Origin: an uncultured Candidatus Saccharibacteria bacterium
GTDB lineage: Bacteria > Patescibacteriota > Minisyncoccia > Phycocordibacterales > UBA9973
NCBI GenBank assembly: GCA_964408305.1
Contig: CAYOYW010000001.1
Location: 11,410-62,280 of the forward strand
DNA length: 50,871 nt
Reading direction: 5' to 3'
Below, in pieces: positions 45,483-50,871 of the stretch. The notes under the pieces are model-generated. The model saw only the letters and a program-made list of their open reading frames with translations. It had not been told where the DNA came from and made no database searches. Made by a program: the position numbers and the translations under genes. Positions within the stretch are counted from its first letter, which is position 1, and each line of letters opens with the position of its first letter.

Positions 45483-45998
45483 CTACTCTTCTAGAGAAGC
45501 CTGTGTAAAACTACGAATAAAGCTTGAAAATACAACACCAAAAAGAAGTACGGTGAACGACATCATTGGGATGGTGATATAGCCAAACTCGTGCACATAT
45601 CGTTTAAGGCAGCTAACACCAGTACCACAGACATCAGCGCTGCCTGGTACGAGGTCTATATAGTTATGGAAAATTGCAACAAGGAGGCCGATGATAGAAA
45701 ATGCAAGGATTTGTTTCTGCAGTGTTTTATTTTTGCGAATGTCACCTGTAAGAGAAAGTATTGCAATACCAAAGATAGCAATTCTTTGGTACCAACACAA
45801 AAGGCATGGCTCATAGCCAAAACTATACTCAAAGATAAGACTACCAAGAACAGAGGTAATAAATATACCTGAAAGTATAAGATGACTTTTTTGGTAAATC
45901 TTTTTTAAAAAAGAAACTTTTTTGTACCACGCTATGAGTAACACAACTGTCAGTAATTGAATCGCAATAGTGCCGAGTGCAAGAAGTGAAATAAACAT
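45483..45998 (-). CDS. dsbB: DsbB/BdbC-family disulfide bond formation membrane protein
   Basis: 4 TM helices, with CLLCWYQR (first Cys pair plus the conserved QR) and VCGTGVSC (second pair). Confidence 0.8.
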   Translation of the reverse strand: MFISLLALGTIAIQLLTVVLLIAWYKKVSFLKKIYQKSHLILSGIFITSVLGSLIFEYSFGYEPCLLCWYQRIAIFGIAILSLTGDIRKNKTLQKQILAFSIIGLLVAIFHNYIDLVPGSADVCGTGVSCLKRYVHEFGYITIPMMSFTVLLFGVVFSSFIRSFTQASLEE

Positions 45999-46001
45999 AC
46001 G

Positions 46002-46373
46002 CTAGTTGAGTGGACAGTTAGTTTTTTCTGCGAGCGTCCCTAGTGTTTGTTCACCAGAGAGACGAGAGCCATCAGGGAAGATCCAGGTAGGGTATCCTTT
46101 GATTTCTTTTTCTGTACAAACAGGAAGTTGATTTTTTCCATCTGCTGTTGAGCATTCAATGTAGGGAAGAAGTTTCGCACTCTTTCCGAACATTGCTTTT
46201 GTTGCTTGGCAGTGTGGACACCAAAATGCTCCATAAAATTTTGCTCCACTATTGTTAATACACTGCGCTAGAGTATCATACTTGCCTGGCTTTTTTGCTT
46301 GTACTACTAACAAGGAAATAAGTCCACCAATAATAACAAGTCCGATAATCCAAGGAATTATTTTTTTCATCAT
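46002..46373 (-). CDS. membrane-anchored thioredoxin-fold protein (like the Trx domain of VKOR fusions)
   Basis: N-terminal TM helix, then GAKFYGAFWCPHCQATKAMFGKSAKLLPYIEC...GYPTW. Sits 3 nt upstream of dsbB on the same strand. Confidence 0.8.
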   Translation of the reverse strand: MMKKIIPWIIGLVIIGGLISLLVVQAKKPGKYDTLAQCINNSGAKFYGAFWCPHCQATKAMFGKSAKLLPYIECSTADGKNQLPVCTEKEIKGYPTWIFPDGSRLSGEQTLGTLAEKTNCPLN

Positions 46374-46421
46374 ATGTATATAAAGTACCGTGAGAGAGAT
46401 TTTTACGCAAGAAGCGATTTG

Positions 46422-46494
46422 TGCGCTTAGCAGGATTCGAACCTGCGACCGTCTCCTTAAAAGGGAGCTGCTCTACCAGCTGAGCTATAAGCGC
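46422..46494 (-). tRNA. tRNA-Lys (anticodon UUU)
   Basis: The reverse complement GCGCTTATAGCTCAGCTGGTAGAGCAGCTCCCTTTTAAGGAGACGGTCGCAGGTTCGAATCCTGCTAAGCGCA folds as a cloverleaf. It has a 7-bp acceptor stem, GCTC/GAGC D stem, CTTTTAA anticodon loop and GCAGG-TTCGAAT-CCTGC T arm. CCA is not encoded. Confidence 0.9.
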
Positions 46495-46532
46495 ATTGCA
46501 AAAAAGCAAAAAAACTATACCATGACTCCCAT

Positions 46533-47000
46533 ATGCAAGCAATACTTATCCTTCACGATATCCGAAGTGCACATAATGTAGGGTCACTGTTTCGAACAGC
46601 TGATGCGGCTGGTATTTCAAAGATATATCTTAGTAGTACCACACCAGCACCACTCGATAGGTTTGGTAGAAGTCGTACCGATATCGCAAAGACCGCACTC
46701 GGTGCTGAGAAAAACACTCCCTGGGAACAGTATGAAGTTATTTTTGAGCTTTTGGAAAAATATAAAAAAGAAGGGTACGAAGTTGTTGCTATCGAACAAT
46801 CCGAAAATTCAGTTGACTACAAAACAATTAACCCCGGAGAAAAGACGATATTCATTCTAGGAAATGAAGTAAACGGTCTTTCAAAAGAAGTTCTCCAGGC
46901 AGTAGACAGTATCGCTGAAATACCAATGGTAGGGGAAAAGGAGTCTCTTAATGTTTCTGTTGCAGGAGGGATTGCACTTTTCCGGATGATGGGGAGGTAA
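46533..47000 (+). CDS. SpoU/TrmH-family RNA 2'-O-methyltransferase
   Basis: HNVGSLFRTADAAG, LGNEVNGLS, and IPMVGEKESLNVSVAGGIALF, the three SPOUT motifs. Confidence 0.85.
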   Translation: MQAILILHDIRSAHNVGSLFRTADAAGISKIYLSSTTPAPLDRFGRSRTDIAKTALGAEKNTPWEQYEVIFELLEKYKKEGYEVVAIEQSENSVDYKTINPGEKTIFILGNEVNGLSKEVLQAVDSIAEIPMVGEKESLNVSVAGGIALFRMMGR

Positions 47001-47201
47001 CTAACGACCTCTGAGCTCTTGTATTTTATAAGGCCTTCCGCCTTCTATTGGCGCAGGTTGCTCAAGAAGCTGGCGCGTTCTACTCTCATAGTGTGTTGGT
47101 CCTCCAGTGAGAAGCCAGAGTATCCATAGTCCCACAAACGCATATATAAACCACTTAAGTTCTCCCATATGGTAATAGTATAGCTTTTGTTCTATACTCA
47201 T
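47001..47201 (-). CDS. small membrane protein, hypothetical
   Basis: 66 aa with one strong TM helix (WFIYAFVGLWILWLLTGG). No family recognised. Confidence 0.45.
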   Translation of the reverse strand: MSIEQKLYYYHMGELKWFIYAFVGLWILWLLTGGPTHYESRTRQLLEQPAPIEGGRPYKIQELRGR

Positions 47202-47293
47202 ACCAGATCCTTTTTATTTACTAACCAATTAAATTGAAAAAATGGTTGCAAAGAAAAAAGCTGTAAAAGAGTGCTGAGCATTCCAATATCCAC

Positions 47294-47316
47294 CAAACCC
47301 CGCAGTGCGGGGTTTG
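47294..47316. terminator. GC-rich hairpin immediately downstream of ruvA
   Basis: caaaccccgc / agt / gcggggtttg forms a 10-bp stem that ends 1 nt before the ruvA stop codon complement. Confidence 0.5.
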
Positions 47317-47317
47317 A

Positions 47318-47866
47318 TTATTTTTGCATCTTTTGCAGCGCTTCAGTTATTTGCTTTTCTATTGGAAGTTTTTTGTCTATTGTGTGTGCAACAGCTCTGA
47401 TCTGACTGTCTTTGTAGCCGAGAGAAAGGAGCGCCTCAACAAGGTCGGTATTTCCAATATGCTCGCCACCAAGAAATCCCTCAACTTTATCTTTTAGATC
47501 AATCACTATTTTTTCTGCAGTCTTTTTCCCAATACCAGGAACGAGCGCAATAGCCTTTGCGTCTTTGTCCTTGATAAGCGCAGCGAGCACAGAGAGTGGG
47601 TAAAGCGTGAGCATGTGGAGTGCGGTCTTTGGCCCAACACCTGATACTCCAATAAGGATCTTAAAAAAATCTCGCTCCCTTCTCTCAGTAAATCCATAGA
47701 GCTCATGTGCATCGTCTTTGACTACCATATGGGTATAGAGGGAAATGGTTTGTCCTATTTCAAAAGGTTGGGGTATTGTTGCAATACTGTATCCGATACC
47801 ACCAGCTGTTATAACCAACTCTTTCTCACTTTTTTCGAGTATCGTCCCGGAAATATGGGCAATCAT
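47318..47866 (-). CDS. ruvA: Holliday junction DNA helicase subunit RuvA
   Basis: Track ORF trimmed to MIAHISGTILEKSEKELVITAGGIGY (typical RuvA start). TATGAT lies 6 nt upstream (47873-47878). Helix-hairpin-helix motifs GVSGVGPKTAL and VPGIGKKTAEKI. Confidence 0.85.
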   Translation of the reverse strand: MIAHISGTILEKSEKELVITAGGIGYSIATIPQPFEIGQTISLYTHMVVKDDAHELYGFTERRERDFFKILIGVSGVGPKTALHMLTLYPLSVLAALIKDKDAKAIALVPGIGKKTAEKIVIDLKDKVEGFLGGEHIGNTDLVEALLSLGYKDSQIRAVAHTIDKKLPIEKQITEALQKMQK

Positions 47867-47946
47867 TCTCTTATCATAGCAGTTCTTTTCTCCCTCAAAA
47901 AGACTATTGCCGCAAAAGACTTTTCCTGCTATAGTTTCGCTTACAT

Positions 47947-48207
47947 ATGCCAATTACAAGAAATGCAAAGAAAGCGCTCAGAACATCCCTCCGAAAGAAG
48001 GCGATGAATGATCGAGTAAAGAAAACCCTTAAAGAAAAGGTAAAAGAGACTCAAAAGCTTGCAGTAAACAAAGCTTGGAAAGATGCAAAAGCGTCTCTTT
48101 CAGCAGGGTATAGCGCTATCGATAAAGCGGTAAAGAAAGGTGTTATCAAAAAGAACACCGCTGCACGAAAGAAGGCACTTCTTTCACGAATCGCAAAAGA
48201 AAAATAG
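47947..48207 (+). CDS. rpsT: 30S ribosomal protein S20
   Basis: MPITRNAKKALRTSLRKKAMNDRVKKTLK..., an 86-aa basic helical protein typical of S20. TATAGT lies 11 nt upstream. Confidence 0.88.
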   Translation: MPITRNAKKALRTSLRKKAMNDRVKKTLKEKVKETQKLAVNKAWKDAKASLSAGYSAIDKAVKKGVIKKNTAARKKALLSRIAKEK

Positions 48208-48289
48208 AGTCATCGCACTGAGGTAGTGTTTTCGAAAAGCCAAACCCTTTTCTCAAAAACTACTTCAATACCCGTTCAAGGAAGGAAAC

Positions 48290-48318
48290 ACAAAAACACT
48301 CTAGAGGAGTGTTTTTGT
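48290..48318 (+). terminator. hairpin downstream of rpsT
   Basis: acaaaaacactc / tagag / gagtgtttttgt forms a 12-bp stem whose 3' arm is T-rich. Confidence 0.5.
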
Positions 48319-48330
48319 TATACTAAGGCT

Positions 48331-48591
48331 ATGCTATATGAATTCTATGGAGAAGAATGTCCGCATTGTCAAAAAATGTTGAAACTGACTGATAAACTCA
48401 TGCAAGAATTTCCCCAGATAAAAATCATTCGCAAAGAGGTGTGGCATAACAAAGAGAATATGGCGCTCGTCAAAAAACTCGATGCAAATGATGCTTGTGG
48501 AGGGCTTCCGTTTTATTACAACGAACAAAATAAGAAATGGCTTTGCGGAGAGGTAAAATATACTGAACTCAAAGACTGGGCAGGGGTGTAG
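48331..48591 (+). CDS. small thioredoxin/glutaredoxin-like protein
   Basis: Track ORF trimmed to MLYEFYGEECPHCQKM (CPHC active site). TATACT lies 6 nt upstream (48319-48324). 86 aa. Confidence 0.75.
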   Translation: MLYEFYGEECPHCQKMLKLTDKLMQEFPQIKIIRKEVWHNKENMALVKKLDANDACGGLPFYYNEQNKKWLCGEVKYTELKDWAGV

Positions 48592-48596
48592 TTTTG

Positions 48597-48613
48597 TTGT
48601 CCTCTCGGTAGGA
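48597..48613. repeat. 17-nt direct repeat of the tRNA-Arg 3' end (partner at 48771-48787)
   Basis: ttgtcctctcggtagga occurs identically at both positions. The second copy covers the 3' trailer, the 3' acceptor strand and half of the T stem of the tRNA-Arg gene. Confidence 0.85.
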
Positions 48614-48724
48614 TGCTTTGCTATCTCACTTCTGGGAAACCCACGGTTTTCCCAATCCTTCCTCCACGGGAAAACAGAGTGTTTTCCCGACCCCTTTCCT
48701 GTTCGATTCCTACCTTCCAAGAGA
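48597..48724. other. hairpin-rich tRNA-fragment-bounded element (~130 nt)
   Basis: The left end is the 17-nt tRNA-Arg 3' copy. The right end, gttcgattcctacc (48701-48714), is an inverted copy of the same tRNA's T-loop and T-stem. The ends pair (ggtagga/tcctacc and tctc/gaga). Inside are two hairpins sharing the motif GGGAAAAC/GTTTTCCC (48633-48654 and 48667-48689). No cloverleaf can be drawn. Confidence 0.5.
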
Positions 48725-48729
48725 TACAC

Positions 48730-48771
48730 ATAATAAAAATGCTTAGCAATAAAGCTAAACATTTTTATTAT
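48730..48771 (-). terminator. AT-rich long hairpin directly downstream of tRNA-Arg
   Basis: The 18-nt arms ataataaaaatgcttagc and gctaaacatttttattat flank an aataaa loop. The single non-Watson-Crick position is a G-U pair on the reverse (tRNA) strand. It starts 3 nt after the tRNA 3' end. Confidence 0.5.
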
Positions 48772-48773
48772 TG

Positions 48774-48845
48774 TCCTCTCGGTAGGAATCGAACCTACAT
48801 CACAACTTCCGCAAAGTTGCGTCCTATCCATTGAACGACGAGAGG
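48774..48845 (-). tRNA. tRNA-Arg (anticodon read as GCG)
   Basis: The reverse complement CCTCTCGTCGTTCAATGGATAGGACGCAACTTTGCGGAAGTTGTGATGTAGGTTCGATTCCTACCGAGAGGA folds with acceptor CCTCTCG/CGAGAGG, D stem GTTC/GGAC, anticodon stem CAACT/AGTTG, loop TTGCGGA, and T arm GTAGG-TTCGATT-CCTAC. It has a 4-nt variable loop and a C1-G72 pair. Confidence 0.85.
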
Positions 48846-48855
48846 GTATTAATTT

Positions 48856-49320
48856 TTAGAATCCAAGGCGGTCAAAGAGTGCAATACTGCGACTCTCTCG
48901 CATCTCTGTTTCTTTTGCAAACTTACTAAGTACTGCTCGAACAGATTCAGCTGAGACTCCCTCTAAGGGAACAGAGAGCTGGGGTACAAAAGAACCAGTC
49001 ACGAGCAGTAACAGCTTATCTCCATTTCCGCTTTCGTCAAGCCAAAAACCGCGAACATTTTTGTAAGGAATAGTAAGTTCGTTTATTTTTATACCATTCT
49101 CATCGATTAGTACTGAGAGTTCTTTTGGGTCACGAAGTGCATAGAGGATAACCACAGCACCGGCAATGATGAGTAAGATACCAAAGAATATGTTTCCATA
49201 AAAAAAAGAAAGGGTTGCACTTAGGACAGCAACAAGCCCGACTGTCCAAAGCCAATCAGGATGTCTGTTTTCTTTTTTTTCAAATTCAAGCGTTTTCCAA
49301 GTGATGCTTTCCATGTACAA
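48856..49320 (-). CDS. two-TM membrane protein with a cytoplasmic PH-like domain, hypothetical
   Basis: WLWTVGLVAVLSATLSFFYGNIFFGILLIIAGAVVILYAL reads as a TM hairpin, followed by a ~90-aa beta-rich domain. Confidence 0.6.
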   Translation of the reverse strand: MYMESITWKTLEFEKKENRHPDWLWTVGLVAVLSATLSFFYGNIFFGILLIIAGAVVILYALRDPKELSVLIDENGIKINELTIPYKNVRGFWLDESGNGDKLLLLVTGSFVPQLSVPLEGVSAESVRAVLSKFAKETEMRESRSIALFDRLGF

Positions 49321-49340
49321 AGTGTAACATGGAATAAGTA

Positions 49341-49652
49341 CTACTCAGATTTTTTGTCGAGCTTGTCGAGACCAAGGCTTTTTACACCAAAGTACACAAC
49401 CGCAGCTACGATGACGAAATCTACAACTGTACCAATAAATGCACCGTACTTAAGAGAAACACTCCCTATGGTGAGTGCTTTATCAGCAAGATCTACTTTT
49501 CCAAGGAGTGCTCCAACAAGTGGATTGATAATGTTATCAACCAAAGAGGTTACTGTTTTTGAAACCGCTCCGCCGAGAATAAATCCAACAGCGAGCCCGA
49601 CTACTCCTTGGTTCCTTATAAAGTCCATAAAGCCTTGTAATTTTTGGTTCAT
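49341..49652 (-). CDS. mscL: large-conductance mechanosensitive channel
   Basis: FMDFIRNQGVVGLAVGFILGGAVSKTVTSLVDNIINPLVG followed by a second TM helix. 103 aa. Confidence 0.88.
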   Translation of the reverse strand: MNQKLQGFMDFIRNQGVVGLAVGFILGGAVSKTVTSLVDNIINPLVGALLGKVDLADKALTIGSVSLKYGAFIGTVVDFVIVAAVVYFGVKSLGLDKLDKKSE

Positions 49653-49675
49653 AATATGTTTATTTATTGCTTACC

Positions 49676-49987
49676 TTATTGTGCATCGAGAGTATCAAGT
49701 GCTGTTGCGTTAATGTCGGCCTCAATAGACGAAGGATCATTTGCTGTTCCTTGTTGTTTGAGTGCTTGTGTCTGCATATCTGAAGCTGCAATATCCGCTT
49801 GTTTCTGTTCTAATTGTGCATCGAGCGCTGCTTCTTGTTTATCTCGTCTCATACCGAAAATAATGATAGCTGCAACAACTAAAAGAGCAATAAGGGCAAA
49901 GACGGTAAGAGTAGTGTGTTTTTTTGGAGCAGGGGAAAGAGTGCTCATATTTTCCACTGGTTGGTTCTGTGTGTTAATTGGATCCAT
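49676..49987 (-). CDS. membrane-anchored hypothetical protein
   Basis: 103 aa with one TM helix (LTVFALIALLVVAAIIIFG) and a helical Q/A/D-rich tail. Confidence 0.5.
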   Translation of the reverse strand: MDPINTQNQPVENMSTLSPAPKKHTTLTVFALIALLVVAAIIIFGMRRDKQEAALDAQLEQKQADIAASDMQTQALKQQGTANDPSSIEADINATALDTLDAQ

Positions 49988-50011
49988 AGAATTTTAGAAT
50001 AAAGTGAATAA

Positions 50012-50749
50012 TTATTTTACATTTGCCTTAAGATCATAGGTTGCTTTAAGGAGAGCATCTCTTGCTGCCTTTGCAAGTGTCTTTATCTCGTCCATTGCTG
50101 CTTTGTTAGCATCCATACTTGCTTGGTCGGTTGGTTGCACAATAACGAGAGTGCTTACCTTTGCTGCAAGAGCGTCAATTGCAGTATTTGCTTGGTCGAG
50201 GAGTGTCTGTGTACTACTCATATCTTTCCCATCGGCTATCTTTTCATCTATTTTTGATTGAATACGATCAGAGAGTTTTTGGAGTCTTTCAACAAGTGCA
50301 TCAAGACGAACAACAAATCGTTGTTTGAGTTCGTTTTTGAGCTCTTCTCGTTTCTCTTTAAGGTCTCCACGAACTTCTTCTCTTTTATCTTTTAGCTCAC
50401 CTCTGTTTTCCTGACGCTTTTCCTTGATTGCCTCAAGCGCTTTTTTTCTATCTTCTGGCGAGCCATTGAGCGCATCCTCTCGTAAATCTTTTATTTCACC
50501 TCGATTTTCCTGACGAACATCCTTGATCTCCTCAAAATCTTCTCTTCGAGTGTCTCGGAGCTCCTTTCGAGCATCAAGAACAGGGCGAGGTTTCGGCGGA
50601 AGCTGTCTTGGTTTTGGCGGAAGCCCTATTGTTACTTCAGTACCCATATCGACTGAGCCAGTTGTACTTGTCGCTTCCTCAGCGAAAACAGTACCTGTTA
50701 TGAGGAGGGAAGCAATCGCAACTCCTCCAAAGATAAATTGTTTTTTCAT
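50012..50749 (-). CDS. secreted charged repeat / coiled-coil hypothetical protein
   Basis: Signal peptide MKKQFIFGGVAIASLLITGTVFA. A tandem LPPKPRQLPPKPRP. Reiterated (K/R)(Q/E)ENRGE(I/L)KD(L/K)RE units, then a helical C-terminus. Confidence 0.65.
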   Translation of the reverse strand: MKKQFIFGGVAIASLLITGTVFAEEATSTTGSVDMGTEVTIGLPPKPRQLPPKPRPVLDARKELRDTRREDFEEIKDVRQENRGEIKDLREDALNGSPEDRKKALEAIKEKRQENRGELKDKREEVRGDLKEKREELKNELKQRFVVRLDALVERLQKLSDRIQSKIDEKIADGKDMSSTQTLLDQANTAIDALAAKVSTLVIVQPTDQASMDANKAAMDEIKTLAKAARDALLKATYDLKANVK

Positions 50750-50828
50750 AAATTATTTTCTTTATTCTAATTGTGTATTACTACTAATACTAAGAGTAAG
50801 TATACCACCAAGCTATCTCTAAAATGCT

Positions 50829-50870
50829 CCGCAAACACAAAAAGCCCAAAAGGGCTTTTTGTGTTTGCGG
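50829..50870. terminator. perfect 19-bp hairpin at the right edge of the window
   Basis: ccgcaaacacaaaaagccc / aaaa / gggctttttgtgtttgcgg. The gene it serves lies outside the window or is the reverse-strand gene ending... not determinable here. Confidence 0.5.
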
Positions 50871-50871
50871 G

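Noticed and set aside
48633-48689. GTTTTCCC-containing hairpins as a possible CRISPR repeat or mini-array
   Set aside because: There are only two units, and they are inverted repeats forming hairpins rather than direct repeats separated by spacers. There are no cas genes in the window.
48334-48834. Track ORFs 48334..48831 (-) and 48613..48834 (+)
   Set aside because: They run through the thioredoxin-like gene antisense, the hairpin element and the tRNA-Arg gene. The tRNA and repeat structure explain the sequence.
1-50871. Alternative genetic code (UGA recoding, as in some candidate phyla)
   Set aside because: All recognised genes are full length under the standard code. TGA is rare as a stop among the stops I checked, but it terminates ruvB at its natural C-terminus in the ATGA overlap with ruvC.

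Overview
About 51 kb of a tightly packed, low-GC bacterial chromosome (roughly 40% by hand tallies on a few lines). It includes the replication-origin neighbourhood: rpmH-rnpA-yidD-yidC diverging from dnaA, then DnaA boxes with an AT-rich stretch, then dnaN. Several traits suggest a reduced-genome Patescibacteria/CPR-like organism (inference only):
- compact housekeeping genes;
- no Shine-Dalgarno motifs at the starts I inspected, but TATACT-like boxes 6-12 nt upstream of many start codons;
- many secreted or membrane-anchored orphan proteins;
- a VirB4/VirB6/PrgI-type gene set.
The standard genetic code fits. Main items:
1. A ~15.5 kb block of 12 co-directional genes (7106-22559) that looks like a minimal, chromosomally fixed machine derived from a type IV secretion system (T4SS). 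It has a VirB4 ATPase, a PrgI/VirB3-like protein, a giant VirB6/TrbL-like protein with a long charged tail, and a protein fusing a pilin-like hairpin to a lytic transglycosylase. Several secreted orphans accompany them. No relaxase, coupling protein or integrase is present. A small GIY-YIG nuclease gene sits inside the block.
2. A ~1.1 kb segment with atypical composition and codon usage (38103-39200), encoding one secreted orphan with its own consensus promoter and GC-rich terminator.
3. A candidate ~170-nt structured RNA with a consensus promoter and U-tract (36096-36302).
4. A hairpin-rich ~130-nt element next to tRNA-Arg, bounded by direct and inverted copies of that tRNA's 3' end.
5. A large surface protein with Cys/Asp-rich repeats and an LPxT-type C-terminal anchor, a SET-domain protein, and a DsbB plus thioredoxin-like pair.
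The rest is ordinary housekeeping (comM, uvrD/pcrA, rsmA, PBP1A, tyrS, msrB, ruvCB, ruvA, pilB, tsaE, polA, rpsT, mscL, two tRNAs). I saw no rRNA, CRISPR array, transposase, integrase or phage gene. All family calls come from motifs read by eye, with no database search.
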